Made by a program: the position numbers and the translations under genes. A stretch of DNA of 63,854 nucleotides, filler included, from Reclinomonas americana ATCC 50394 (taxonomy: Eukaryota): NCBI GenBank assembly GCA_048213135.1. It is 4 parts of one record of this genome, joined end to end, with 100 filler letters (N's around TTAATTAATTAA, not from the genome) between each part and the next. Parts side by side here need not be neighbours in the genome. Positions count along the whole stretch, not along the records: positions 41,962 to 49,059 come from PS015040.1; positions 49,160 to 63,854 come from PS015040.1; 2 more parts are not named here. One strand, written 5' to 3'. Below, one piece after another: positions 41,962-55,300 of the stretch; position 1 is the stretch's first letter, and each line of letters starts with the position of its first letter. The notes under the pieces are model-generated. The model ran no database searches. It worked only from the letters and a program-made list of their open reading frames with translations, and had not been told where the DNA came from.

Positions 41962-44900
41962 ATCGTCGTTCCATCCCGCCGCAGGAGCGGCGGCGACGGG
42001 GGCGGCGACAGGGGCCGGGGCCGGAGCCGGAGCGTGAGCAACGACCGGCATCGGGGCAAAACTGGAAGCAGCAGCAGCAGCAGCAGCGGCCGGGGCCACT
42101 GACGGCGCCGAACCGAGCAGCTTGTGCAACTGCGCGAGCGCGCCAGTCGCAGTCTCCAACAGTGCCGACGCCTGGCGCACGGTCTCGTCGTGTGCACCAG
42201 CGGCCGCTACAACACAAAAAAAGGATGAGCGCGAGAGGGAGATAAGAGAGGAGATGAAAAGAACAGCTCACCTCTCCGATCATTGACTTGTGAGTTGAGC
42301 TTCTGCATGTCGGCCTCCTGCTTGGCCACCTGCGCCTTCAGCGCAGCCTCCTTGCTCTTCAGGCCCTGTTCCTCCTCCTGCAGCTCGTGCAGGCGAGCTT
42401 CCATGGTTGCCTTGGTGCCGGACGACGACGACGCTTGTTGCTCCAGCTGTGACAGCGACATTGAGCAGTGGTCGCCACGCTGTTCTTTCTTCGACCTGTC
42501 ACGTACCGCTTCAATGTTGCGCTTCATGCCGTCGACCTTCTTCAGCAACTCCTGCTGCCTCAGCGCCATTTGACCGTCGCTGATGGGTGCGAGGAGAAAA
42601 GTGAGCATTTCTAACAACGTGGGCCAGCACGGGAGAGCAAACCTGCCACCCGAGAGCAACCGAGTCACCGACTCGCTCGTCTGTCGCTCGAGCCTGTTGA
42701 TCTCCTGCTCCAGCGCCTGGATCGACTGCACACGCACACAACGCATGTGAGCGGGAAAGCAGGGCAGAGAAAAAACACGGACACCGCACACGAACCGCCA
42801 ACTGTGCTCCACTCAGCGCCTTCTGCTCCTCGGTCTGCATGACCAAGTGCGTCTGCTCGTCCTTCAGCGTCTTCAGGCGGAGCTCCAGACGCTCCTTGTT
42901 GCGCTTGAACTCGTTGAGGCGCACTTGCGTCTCCATGGCCCTCATGTGAGTCATCAGAATGTCGTTGCGCGCCTCCTCCACACTGCTCTCCAGTTGCGAC
43001 ACCTGCACCGTTGTTGAGGTGAGCAAATCCTCACGCGCACGCAATCGGAAGCGAGCAGCAACACACTGCCAACCTTGGCCTGCAGCTCCTCGACCACCGA
43101 TGAGCCCTCCACGAGCTTCTCGCTAACTTCGGACTTGCGCTGGTTCAGCACCGCCAGCGTCTCCGACAGTTTGCGCTCCATATCGTGCAACATCGTCAAC
43201 CGCTCATCCATCCGACCAAAACGCTCCTCCCGGCTCTTGGGGTCACCGACAGTCAACTGGCCAATCTGCTGCACCTGCGAGCTCATCTCCTGGATCGACT
43301 GCATTGGCATGGCGTCGAGTCCCTGTCCACCAGCTGCAACATCCAACATGAGCACACAGCTAATCGGGAATCGGTGGCGCGTGGGCGTCGACTCACCACC
43401 ACCACCACCACCGAAACCACCGCCGCCCATGCCACCTGCGCCGCCCAGACCTGGCTGACCGCCAAAACCAGCCGATGCCGACACGGGTGATGGTACGCCA
43501 CCAAATCCGCCCATCGGCTGACCAAAGCCACCGGCACTCTGCGGCGGCGCGCCTCCAAAGCCCATGGGCTGTGCGCCAAAGCCGCCCGGACCCGCCGGCA
43601 TGCCGCCGAAACCACCCGCCACGGCCGGTCCACCAAATCCGCCTGCACCGAGGGGTGCCGCCATTGGTGCCTAAATGGGAGAAGGAGAGGGTGAGGGGAA
43701 AGGGTAAGGGAAAGGGGATAAAAGGGGAAGGGGGACGGGGTCAAGGGAGAAGGGGTACAAGGGAGAATGCGGATAAAAGGGGAAGGGGGGTTAAAGGGGA
43801 AGTGGGAAAGGAATAGTGTGATAGGATGCACAATACAACCAATCGACCATCTAACTTCACCACCTAACTGTACAAGAAGCAAGACAGGATCCAGAAGACA
43901 AGAAAGCGGAACTCAGCTCTCGACAACCTCACTGTGCAGAAAACTTACAAGAAGCAAGACAAGATGCAAACGCAAGAAAGAGAGATTGATTCAGTCCCTG
44001 CACATCTTACTGCGAAAGCAACAGTACGAGAAGAAGCAAGACAGGATGCAGAACACAGTCGACAATCTCACTGCACCAATTCACCTCTTTGAGTAACACA
44101 ACAGATGCAGAACACATGAAAGCAAACAAACTCGAAGACTAATGAAAAATGCACACGAACCACTGCTGGCTGCGAGGCCTTGCGTGGAGAGCGCGGTGGT
44201 GACTTGGGTGGCGAGGCTGGCTGTGACAATGACATGTTGTTAGCATCAAGAACCACAACTCAGACAAAGCGTGTGCGAAACTTTGGCCGGGGGTGCCGCA
44301 AACAGGTCGAGATTTCCCGACAGGAAGGCATTCTGCAGGTTGCCAATCGGCACAGCCGGCTTGCTCGGCTCCGGTGCCTGCGCGATTAGGTAAATACTCA
44401 CATCATCTCCTATGCAGATGCACACTCACGAAGTTGCACACCTTCTTGGCCGGCTGTGCGGGCGCGGGCGCCTGTGGTGGCGAGCCAAAGCCATCGCCGA
44501 AACCGTCGCCAAATCCGTCACCAAATCCATCACCACCTGCCGGAGCCACTGGTGGGCGTGCTGGGGGTTGCGCTACTGCCACAGGGGCGGCAACACGCGC
44601 TGCCGGTGGTGGGGGCGAGCCGAAACCGTCGCCAAAGTCGTCTGCACGAGGTGCGGGAAGTGAGGGGGAAGTGTGGGGAAAGGGAGAGGAGAGGAGGGTG
44701 AAGGGGATTGATGTGTGAGCGAGTGAGCAAAGAGTCAAAAGGAGACCGCAGAGTGGGAAGAAAGAGAGATCAAGGAGTGGAATGGAATAGGGAGGGAGAG
44801 AGAGAGAGAGAGAGAGNNNNNNNNNNNNNNNNNNNNNNNNNNNNNNNNNNNNNNNNNNNNNNNNNNNNNNNNNNNNNNNNNNNNNNNNNNNNNNNNNNNN

Positions 44901-45221
44901 NNNNNNNNNNNNNNNNNNNNNNNNNNNNNNNNNNNNNNNNNNNNNNNNNNNNNNNNNNNNNNNNNNNNNNNNNNNNNNNNNNNNNNNNNNNNNNNNNNNN
45001 NNNNNNNNNNNNNNNNNNNNNNNNNNNNNNNNNNNNNNNNNNNNNNNNNNNNNNNNNNNNNNNNNNNNNNNNNNNNNNNNNNNNNNNNNNNNNNNNNNNN
45101 NNNNNNNNNNNNNNNNNNNNNNNNNNNNNNNNNNNNNNNNNNNNNNNNNNNNNNNNNNNNNNNNNNNNNNNNNNNNNNNNNNNNNNNNNNNNNNNNNNNN
45201 NNNNNNNNNNNNNNNNNNNNN

Positions 45222-45259
<38 letters not shown>

Positions 45260-47053
45260 AAGAAAGAAAGAGAGACAGAGGAAAGACAGGGAGGATCAGC
45301 AGAGCGACGGAATGACTCAACATGTGGAATGCAGAGTGAAGAGTAAAAACAGGAGAAAGCAGAGTGAGAGAATAGGAGCGCGAAGGTAAGTAGAAGAATG
45401 AAACGGGGGCGGCAGAGAGGGACACGAACAGTGGCGAGTGGACAAATCATCGTGAGGGTTGCGAAGTGAAGAATGCAACAGGAGGCAGCAGCGTGAGAAG
45501 AACAAGATGTCACTGAGTGCGAGCAAAAAATGTGTGTATGTGCGTGCGTGTGAGAAGAAAGAGAGCGTCCATGCACACAAAACTCACCGCTGAATCCACC
45601 TGCAGCTGCAGCTGGCGGCGGGACAGCTGCCGGATTCGCCATGCCTGGTCCACCAAAGCCAACCTGCGGCGGCATCATCATGCCAGGTTGCGGCATCATC
45701 ATGCCAGGCTGCGGTTGCATCATTCCCGGCTGCGATGGCATCCCACCGAATCCACCACCGCCGAAGCCGTCGCTGCCACCCTCCAGTCCCTGCACGAGCG
45801 CACGTGAGGTCATGTCAATGGAATACGAAAGGCACGGGGACGCACCGCTGCCGACTGGTAGAGTCCCGGTGGCAACGCGTCGGGCAGTGGAATGCCCTTC
45901 TTGACCATCTCAATCAGATGACGGCACAGCACGAACTCGGTCTTGTCGAGGCGACCGTCGCCCGTCACGTCCGACAGCAGCCTGGCCGAGAAGGGGAAGT
46001 GAGTAGGGGAGAAGGTGACAATGACAGAGCGAAAGGGATGGAGAGGGAAAGCTTGGTGTGAAGCGAAGGAAGGGGAAGCTTGTTGGTGAGACAAGCGAAG
46101 GAAGGGAAAGCTTGGCGTGAGAAGCGAAGGAAAGGAAGCTTGTTGATGAGAGAAGCGAAGGGGAAGCTTGGCAAGCGAGAGGAAGTCGTGACGTGGGCGA
46201 TCAAGGATGGAGGCAGTGAACACTTGCTGAAGCTCTCGACTCACCACACATGACGCAAAATGTCCTTGTGCACGCCCGTCTTGGAGAGCACATCGCGTGC
46301 ATCACCGCCTACCATGGTGCCCCACACACTCAGCACCACGCAGTCACGCATTCACTGGAGAGCGAGCACAAGCACGCACACACCTCCAATGAAACCATCA
46401 AAATCCTTGTCTCCATCAAAGAACTCGCCCTCAAACTGCATGCGAGACTCGGGCGAAATGTGCTGCGCATGCCACACGTCAATCACACAAAGAGAGAGAG
46501 TGTGTGCGAGAGAGAGAGACTGACCTTCAGCAACTCCAAGTTCAGCACGTCCACACTGGCATTCTTGCCCTGCATGGCAAGTGCTGCGAGTTGCAATGCG
46601 CGACAGAACTCCTCTGCGGTGAGGTGCTCCGGGCTGCTCTTGGAGACTTGCAACCAGATCTGCAGAACACACAGAGAGAGGAAGAGTGAGTGGAGAGAGA
46701 GAGAGTGTGTGTGTGTGTGTGTGAGTTGAGACACTTTCGACTTCGTGTTTGCAGACCTGCTTGAGGACATCCACAGGCAGATGCGTCTTCTCCTTGAGGA
46801 AGGGCGCCACCTTCTTGCCCTCAATGCGCTCTCCCGCACCCCCAGCCTCGCGGAACGCACGGGCTGCGAGAGAGAAACAAAACAAACACAAAACAAAAAC
46901 AAAAACGCGTGTGATGGCCACGGAAATGCACGCACGCAAGCAAGCACGCGCAAAAGCATGATTTTGTGTGCGTGTGTGTGTAATGCATGCGAGAGAGGAC
47001 GTACCGAAAGAGGGGCTGCCCACTGTCTGGTGCACCGTGAAAAAGTCGTTCAT
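41962..47053 (-). CDS. EH-domain endocytic adaptor (Eps15/intersectin/Pan1-like), 3' end missing
   Basis: Two EH domains (THLPVDVLKQIW...LTAEEFCRALQL; ILRHVWLLSDVTGDGRLDKTEFVLCRHLI...GIPLPDALPPGL), DGF/GGF repeats and a long coiled coil. Confidence 0.85.
43845..44115. repeat. Degenerate tandem repeat (about 75-85 nt unit) in an intron
   Basis: Core aagaagcaagaca(g/a)gat(g/c)ca occurs three times, with a recurring tcgacaa(t/c)ctcactg between copies. Confidence 0.6.
46047..46180. repeat. Intronic minisatellite, about 30-nt unit, 4-5 copies
   Basis: Repeating aagcgaagg(a)aggg(g/a)aagcttg unit. Confidence 0.75.
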
Positions 47054-47130
47054 GTTTCGCAAAACACGATAATGTGATGAGACAAACGAGAGACGGCGAG
47101 CATGTTTACAGTAAGCCGTGCGCTGCGCAC

Positions 47131-47934
47131 ATGGAAACGCACGGTGACCTGCTCTCTCGCCTCCCCGCCGAGGTGGTCAGCTACTCGCTAATGCCCTTCC
47201 TGCGCGTTGAGGATGTCGCACGCGGGTTGTGGCGCGTCTCCACTTCGTTCTGCGACATGTGGGAGACGAGTTGCTCGTTGATTCCCTCGCCTCTCAAGTG
47301 CGTCGAGTGCGGCCAGCGCGACGGCAAGACGCTGGCTGACATGATGCTTGGCGCGCCAATCGGGTGTCCCGGTCACTGGCGCTACGACAACGGTACCCGT
47401 CGCGCGCGCGGAATTCGATCGCGAAGCGTGAGCGTACGCGTGCGCAGGCTTGTTCTGTGTCGCGATAAACGCTCGCGTGTTTGCCGCCAGTGCATGGAGC
47501 GGCGGGAGTTGTTTTCCCCTGGAAACGAATCCGACCGCCGGCTGCGCATGCGGGCAGACGGGCTGCTGCTGAAATGCGTCAGATGCGATTGGTTGACTTG
47601 CGCCGATTACGGCACGTCGTATTGGAAGAAGACCGCGGATCGCCTGCAGTGGCACTGTGACGACGGTTGCTCCAAGCTCCTCAAGTGGTGCGTTGTGTGC
47701 ATGAATCACTTTCGCCACAAGCGCATGCTCGTCGGCCGTTGCGTGCGATGTGATCAGGGAATTTGCGCCCGCTGCTGGGAAGAGGCTGAGACGATGGGGA
47801 ACATGTGCTACGGTTGCGGGGACAGGTTTGGCTACTACTGGTCATCGAATTTTTTCGGCACGCCGCACAACTACAACTACCGCTACCAAAAAGGCGACGA
47901 GACGGAAGGCCTCGTGGAAGACGAGGACTGGTGA
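47131..47934 (+). CDS. Intronless F-box protein with a Cys-rich (multi-CxxC) C-terminal region
   Basis: LLSRLPAEVVSYSLMPFLRVEDVARGLWRVSTSF fits the F-box pattern. It is followed by CVEC, CRQC, CVRC, CVVC, CVRC, CARC and CYGC. An upstream in-frame ATG exists at 47077. Confidence 0.75.
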   Translation: METHGDLLSRLPAEVVSYSLMPFLRVEDVARGLWRVSTSFCDMWETSCSLIPSPLKCVECGQRDGKTLADMMLGAPIGCPGHWRYDNGTRRARGIRSRSVSVRVRRLVLCRDKRSRVCRQCMERRELFSPGNESDRRLRMRADGLLLKCVRCDWLTCADYGTSYWKKTADRLQWHCDDGCSKLLKWCVVCMNHFRHKRMLVGRCVRCDQGICARCWEEAETMGNMCYGCGDRFGYYWSSNFFGTPHNYNYRYQKGDETEGLVEDEDW

Positions 47935-49960
47935 AGAGATTATAAGCCGCACAGATCGAGTGTGAGGGGCAGCAGAGAATGAAGGACCTACAGTATCTCC
48001 GCCAATGATGCACACCCATGCACCACTTCAATGCTGCTACTGTTGCTGCTGCGCACCTTGTATCATATCCTTCAACGAATACCTCACCTCAGCGTCGACC
48101 GGAGTCACTGGTGGTGGGTGCCACACGTGCCGCCTGCACATGAACGGAAGGCCGTCTTGAGATCCCCCACTCGCCNNNNNNNNNNNNNNNNNNNNNNNNN
48201 NNNNNNNNNNNNNNNNNNNNNNNNNNNNNNNNNNNNNNNNNNNNNNNNNNNNNNNNNNNNNNNNNNNNNNNNNNNNNNNNNNNNNNNNNNNNNNNNNNNN
48301 NNNNNNNNNNNNNNNNNNNNNNNNNNNNNNNNNNNNNNNNNNNNNNNNNNNNNNNNNNNNNNNNNNNNNNNNNNNNNNNNNNNNNNNNNNNNNNNNNNNN
48401 NNNNNNNNNNNNNNNNNNNNNNNNNNNNNNNNNNNNNNNNNNNNNNNNNNNNNNNNNNNNNNNNNNNNNNNNNNNNNNNNNNNNNNNNNNNNNNNNNNNN
48501 NNNNNNNNNNNNNNNNNNNNNNNNNNNNNNNNNNNNNNNNNNNNNNNNNNNNNNNNNNNNNNNNNNNNNNNNNNNNNNNNNNNNNNNNNNNNNNNNNNNN
48601 NNNNNNNNNNNNNNNNNNNNNNNNNNNNNNNNNNNNNNNNNNNNNNNNNNNNNNNNNNNNNNNNNNNNNNNNNNNNNNNNNNNNNNNNNNNNNNNNNNNN
48701 NNNNNNNNNNNNNNNNNNNNNNNNNNNNNNNNNNNNNNNNNNNNNNNCAACCTCCTCACACTCAGCGAGTGAGTGAAGTTGAGTGTGAATGCAGAGACAG
48801 CGCACGTGCAGTTGAGTGAGATGGAGAGAAAATCAGCGAGTAATGGGAGTTGAGTGTGCGCTTGGAGACTGAAGGGGTGTGCGACAAGAGTCTGCGAGAA
48901 GAACTCGAGTGAGACGGAGAGATATCAGTCGTTACTCTCCATCTCAGTCAGCTGCGTACGTCTGTCTCAGCATTCGTACTCTGCTTCCATCACTCGCTAC
49001 GTTCTCTCACCACATGTACCTCGCTTTCTCTCTCAGCATTCCGACGAACGTTACTGACTNNNNNNNNNNNNNNNNNNNNNNNNNNNNNNNNNNNNNNNNN
49101 NNNTTAATTAATTAANNNNNNNNNNNNNNNNNNNNNNNNNNNNNNNNNNNNNNNNNNNNCGGGATAGAAAGACAGAGAGAAACAGCGTGCAGACAGACTC
49201 ACCACAGGAATCACGTGCATGCTCCTGCAGCAAAAGTGTTGGATTGCACATCCATGTTGTCCATCGTCATGGTGCATCGTTTCTTGAACGCTGAGACAGC
49301 AACCCACCCAATTGACCACCGCCAAAGTCATTATCACCACCCGTCCACTCACGGTACATATGAGGGTGGAAGGAAACCACCACAATGCGCTAATGATTGA
49401 TCATGCAGCAATCGCACTGACAACATCTTCTTGTTCTCTGTTTTTCCTTTTGTTTCTCCTCTTCCTCTTCTTTCATGTTCTTGTTCTTGGTCTTCCTCTG
49501 CTTCTTCTCCTCCTCCTCCTCCCCCTTGTCCTTCTTCTTGTTCTTCTTCTCCTCCAAGCTGTGGCCACGTGCTGTGTGCACCGTCAAGTTCCACTCATCA
49601 GTCCGCATCGAGCTCCAGCAACAACAGGTGTACAAATCCCCATTGACGACTTGTTCCGTGCGTCGCGAGGAACTTAGCTAAGTCGCTTCATCAGAAGTCG
49701 CATCACCACAGTCATCCTCTGTCTCCGCGTCATCACCTGACCATCATCACACACTCTTCTCATACCGAGTCATAACGTTGTTGCCGAGGCAGTGGTGGTC
49801 TCGGTGGTCATGCCGCCTCACCAAAGTCATCCTCCTCCTCCTCCTCCTCCTCTGTCATCACCTGCTGTCACCGCCGCATGCTCCACATTCCTCTCATACC
49901 GAGTCATGATGACGTGCTTGCCGAGACAGTGGTAGTCTCGGTGGTCATGCAGACACGATG

Positions 49961-50036
49961 GGTGGTGGCAAGTTGTCGTGGTTGATGGGGTTGACGCAGA
50001 GGGCCGACTGCGAGCCAGTCTGTGAGGTGTCAAGGT
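49961..50036 (-). pseudogene. Decayed copy of exon 3 of the FN3 surface-protein gene
   Basis: Translates HLDTSQTGSQSALCVNPINHDNLPPP versus DLDTSSPTGSQSAIWVNWTTPINQGNAPPT at 53011-53100. It has internal deletions and the AG acceptor is lost. Confidence 0.7.
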
Positions 50037-50044
50037 GTGTAAAG

Positions 50045-50081
<37 letters not shown>

Positions 50082-52333
50082 ATGCACGCACTATCCTCGC
50101 CCACAGCTCGATGTGGAGTTGCCCCGGATGCATTCGTGCTGCCAGCGTGGAGGAGAGTGTGAGAGGACAGACCACAAGCTACAAGGTAAAGATCGAGTGC
50201 GTGGAAGAGCGTGAGAAGGAAAGGGTGTACAGAGTGAATGAGAAGAGGGAGAGCGGGAGGAAGAGGAGGGGAGAGAGTGAGAGAGAATGAATNNNNNNNN
50301 NNNNNNNNNNNNNNNNNNNNNNNNNNNNNNNNNNNNNNNNNNNNNNNNNNNNNNNNNNNNNNNNNNNNNNNNNNNNNNNNNNNNNNNNNNNNNNNNNNNN
50401 NNNNNNNNNNNNNNNNNNNNNNNNNNNNNNNNNNNNNNNNNNNNNNNNNNNNNNNNNNNNNNNNNNNNNNNNNNNNNNNNNNNNNNNNNNNNNNNNNNNN
50501 NNNNNNNNNNNNNNNNNNNNNNNNNNNNNNNNNNNNNNNNNNNNNNNNNNNNNNNNNNNNNNNNNNNNNNNNNNNNNNNNNNNNNNNNNNNNNNNNNNNN
50601 NNNNNNNNNNNNNNNNNNNNNNNNNNNNNNNNNNNNNNNNNNNNNNNNNNNNNNNNNNNNNNNNNNNNNNNNNNNNNNNNNNNNNNCTGCCAGGTTGACT
50701 TCGAACTTCAGTGTACAAACAGAGCCAGCGGCAGCGGAACGAGCGAGTCACTTGGCAGCATCAGTGGTGGCAGTGGTTATATCTGTGAGTGAGTGAGTGA
50801 GTGCGGCTTCCAGAGAGTGACGTCAGAAGGTGGACGCATCAAAAGTTTTGCAGTTCGTGCCGCGACTACTCATCTGTGGAGCTGCAGCTGCGGCTGCTGA
50901 GTGTGCTGCAACCCTCCCACCGCTCTGTTGTGCTGCATATCCTTGGCAGCAAACGAAGCATGCTTGATTACGTCAAAGCCTATTTACCATTCGTGGAAAA
51001 CAGGCCGGCCGGTTTTTGCTGATGACGTCGTCACCGGTGATGACGCAATGACATGTCTGTGCAACCGTGCCACCGCACTCCTCCAGCTGCAGCTGTTGGT
51101 TGCGTTGCCAGTGCCCGTGAAGCTTGTTCGTTTTCTTGTACACGGCGATATCGCTCTTTTCGGATTGCCGGGTGCTGAACGAAGCATCCGGGAGTGACAG
51201 TCTTCGAATTCCGACGCTTGGAAGCCAATGAGACATGCACAAGGTCATTACACTGCAGCATGAACATGCGCATGAGGCGCTGATGTCGACAGATCCGGAT
51301 CCGATGATCGGCGACTCTCGACGGCATTCATCGCCGACGACCAACTCCATTCAGCAACTGATCGCCGAATCAGTTGACCACCCCCGCGAATGTCTGTACT
51401 TGGAGACCCTTTCGTACTCCCGGATCGCGTTAGCAGCGTCCGGATCCACCCGGCTTCCTTTTGAAATCTTCAGTGAAAATGCGGACCCTCAAGTATGCAC
51501 GCGTGCGAGGAGGAGCGACGAGAGCAACGTCACTTTCTCTGTGTGGCCGAAAAGTAGACAACGGACTGGAGTGACACGTGTACATGTCGCTGCCTCCATT
51601 CGCGGAATAAAAATTTCGACGATTTGTCGGTAGTTTATTTTTTACACCGCCTGTGGTGAGTAGGCAACCTGAGCTCTCTTCTCTTCTCTCTTCTCTCTTC
51701 TCTTCACTCTCCTCTCCCTTCCCTCTTCTGTCTTCCTCGTGTACACGATTGCTTGTTTGTTCGCTTTCAGAGGTTCGATCTCTCCACCCTTGCTCCCTCT
51801 GCTCTATGCCTCGTTCACACTCAGCTGCACCCCCTGACTCGCATCTCTTATCTCAATGCTGCAATGCGCTGATGCTGAGATGCGTGGTGTTGACGTCATC
51901 ACCATCATGGACGATACCGGTTCACGTTCGCCAGCTACAGCACCGCAGCTGTGTTCTGCACGTTCCTCACCTCTCTCGCTAACTTTTTCGCTCTCCCGTC
52001 TCTTACTCGTGATCTATGACTGTGTAACGTGAGAGTGCGTGCGTGGTGCTGACGTCAGCATACTGCCAGCACAGGCACTGCTCCCTTTCCCTTCTTCCCT
52101 CACTCTCCCTGCGTGCATCTCTCCCCCACTCTGCAGCAGTCTCCGCGATGCACTGCAGGTCTCTTTCTCTTTGTGGGCCTTCACTCAATCGCCTCTTCTC
52201 GCTGCGCGCTCTCTCTCTAGATCTCCGGATCCCTCTCGCGCACTCCCTCTCCCCGGGTCTCTCTCTCGCTCCCCATCGCTCTCCCCTCTGCCATCTCTCA
52301 CTTTCCACTCATCCTCTCTCTCCTCCACAGGTC

Positions 52334-55300
52334 ATGCGTTGGCTCCTCTCTGTTGCGTGCCTCGTGTTCCTCGGCGCAGTCCTCTTGGCTGGTGAGTGTG
52401 CTGTGCATGCAAGACTTTCCGAGTTGTCTTGAGTGCGTGTCTTGGTGCGCTTGAATGCGTCTCTCCTGTGTACATACGTGTAGGCGCATCTCTTTTGCGT
52501 GCCTCTCTGCGTCTCTGTGTTTTGTGTCATGATGATTTGTACCACTGTCCTCTCTGTCCTCTCTCTAACTCATTCTCCACACAACGATGCGCAGACGCCC
52601 AGACCACCACTTTTGCCCCTGGCAGCTCTAACGCGCCGGAGCAGTTCCAGATTATCAAGGCTGTGGGCGAGGATGGTGAGTGCAGTGCAGACTCTTTTCT
52701 TTCATGTGTTTGTGCATTCTCTATTTCAGTGTCTGTGTGTGTCTCTCTGTCTCTCTCTCTCTCTGCGGGTCTCTCTCTGTGTGTGCATTCCCTCTCACTC
52801 TCGTCTCTGTGTCTTCGCTCTCTGTCTTTCTGTCTGTTTCTTGTAACTGTCTCTATCGATCTGTCTTCTCTTCCTCGTTCGTCTCTCTCTCTCTCTTCTG
52901 TATAGTTCTCCCCACCCTCTTTGTTTTGACATCTCTCTTCGCATCCCTCCTCTGTGTGCATTTTCTCTCTCTCTCTCTCCTTTCCTCACATTCTCCTTCT
53001 CCTTTGGCAGACCTCGACACCTCCTCCCCAACCGGCTCGCAGTCGGCCATCTGGGTCAACTGGACGACCCCCATCAACCAGGGCAACGCGCCGCCCACCG
53101 AGTTTGGTGTCGACGTTTCCAGCACCGGTGGCACCACCAAGTACACTGTTGCGTGTGCATTCTCTCCTCCTTCCCTCTCCCTTTCCTCTTCTCACCCTCT
53201 CCTCTCTCCTCCGTCGACAGTGCTCCGCGGTCAACGCCATCCCAGCCAACGGCGGCCCCTCGACCGGCGGCAACGGCTGCTACGGCATGATTCTGCGCTA
53301 CTTTGACCAGAACATCCAGGAGGGCGTGCAGTACACCATCGCTGTTGCGTCTTCTCTTCTCCTCTTCCTCCCTCCCTCCCTCCATCCCCCACTCATCTCA
53401 TCTCTTCCCCATCAACAGGCCTACTCGGTCAACGCGTACGGTGAGGGCGTCCGCACCTCGTCGCAGGTCGTGACGGTGCCGCTCGGTGGCACCCCGCGCC
53501 AGCCGACCAACCTGGCCATCAGCTACACGTCGGCCACGTCGTTTGTGCTGTCATTCTACCCGCCGATCAAGCTCGGCCAGACGGGCGCCACGGGCTCCGG
53601 CAACGTCGCCAACTTCAACCAGCTGCAGAGTCCGTTCTTCCAGGTGCAGATCCGCAGCTCAACTGGCAACTCGCTGACGGCCTGGACCCCGGTGACCTTC
53701 TACACTGAGACCACTGTCGGCAACAACGCCAATGCGGCCATCATCCCGTTCACCTCTGGCCCGTTCTCGCAGCAGACGTGCGTGGTGTCTGGCACTGGTG
53801 CCACAGCCTCGGCCAGCCTGCTGCAGCCGAGCACTGGCTACGTGGTGCGCGTACGCGCTGTGGGCCAGTGGGGCTTTGGCCCGTGGAGCTCTGTTGCGTC
53901 TTTTATTGCCTTTCGTTCCGTGGTATTGCATTGTGTGGAGCAGCTTGCTCACCCCACCTGCCTCTCCTCTCCTCCTCGCAGACCGCCACGGTGACCACGC
54001 AGGACGGCAAGCAGTCCCCGAACAAGGTCGGAATCCCGACCCTGGTGGCCGCAGCCTCTGATGGCGGTCTGATCTCATGGACGAGCCCGCAGCTGACTGG
54101 CGGTGCCATCACCGGCTGGAAGGTGGAGGCTGCCGCCTCCAGCACCGGTGCTGCCCTGTACAACGCCTTTGGCGCCTCGTTCACTGGCTCGCCGGTGACC
54201 GACTCGGCCTTTGGCCGTGTGTCTGGTGGCCACATTCTGATCTCCAAGCTGGCGACGACCCAGAACGCCGTCGCGATCACCAAGTATCGCATCCGCGTGA
54301 CTGCGCTGAACGCCAACGGTGACGGTACTGCTGCGCTCGACATTGCGTCGCAGCTCGAAATCACTCTGTCTGCCGCCACTGGCGTGAACGTGGTGCTGCC
54401 GGCTCAGACCCTGGTGGCTTGCTGGTCCGTCGGCGCTAGCACAACCATCAACTGCGTGGCCAACTTGGCTGCCGCCACCACCATTGGCAGCGGTGGCTTT
54501 GGCACGACTCCGTACTCGTTTGCGGCCAACGGTGTCGCCGGCGCCACTGTCGGCACTCTGTCGATGGGCCCGAGCGACCTCACTGGCACCCTGACCTTCA
54601 CGGCCACCGCTGCCGGTACCGTGCAGCTCTCGGCCATCAACCTCGGCGCCGGTGCCACGGCCGGCACTGCCAACATCGCGTTCACCACCACCGTTAATCA
54701 GAATGCACCAGCTGGCGCCATCTTCTACGATCGTGCTGGCAACAGCGTGATTGGTGGCACTGCCGCCAATGGTTACCTGACTGTTGGTACCAACTTCGTG
54801 GTCATCTATCCCGGCTCGCCGACCAACCGCGGCTCTGTGACCACTGCCGGCTCGGGCACCACCCTCGGTGGCGTTGCAGGTGTTGCTTACGCCAACGCAG
54901 CTGGAGCTGTCACCGACATTGCCTACCTTGACGGCACCACTTCCACAACTGTGCTGACGGCGTCCAAGTTTGTCGTTGCCGTCCGAAACACCACTGCGAC
55001 CGACAAGTATGGTGTCACCTGGACTCTGACCACTGGCAACTCTGGTTCGCTCTTCTGCTGCGTTGCTGGCGCCACCGCCCAGGGAGCAGGCACAGCCGCG
55101 CCCGCCTTTGCTGGCGCAGGCGCTANNNNNNNNNNNNNNNNNNNNNNNNNNNNNNNNNNNNNNNNNNNNNNNNNNNNNNNNNNNNNNNNNNNNNNNNNNN
55201 NNNNNNNNNNNNNNNNNNNNNNNNNNNNNNNNNNNNNNNNNNNNNNNNNNNNNNNNNNNNNNNNNNNNNNNNNNNNNNNNNNNNNNNNNNNNNNNNNNNN

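Noticed and set aside
43845-44115. Regularly spaced repeats resembling a CRISPR array or a micro-exon series
   Set aside because: The spacers resemble each other, there are no cas genes, and the flanking exons join in phase 0 without them. It is a decayed intronic tandem repeat.
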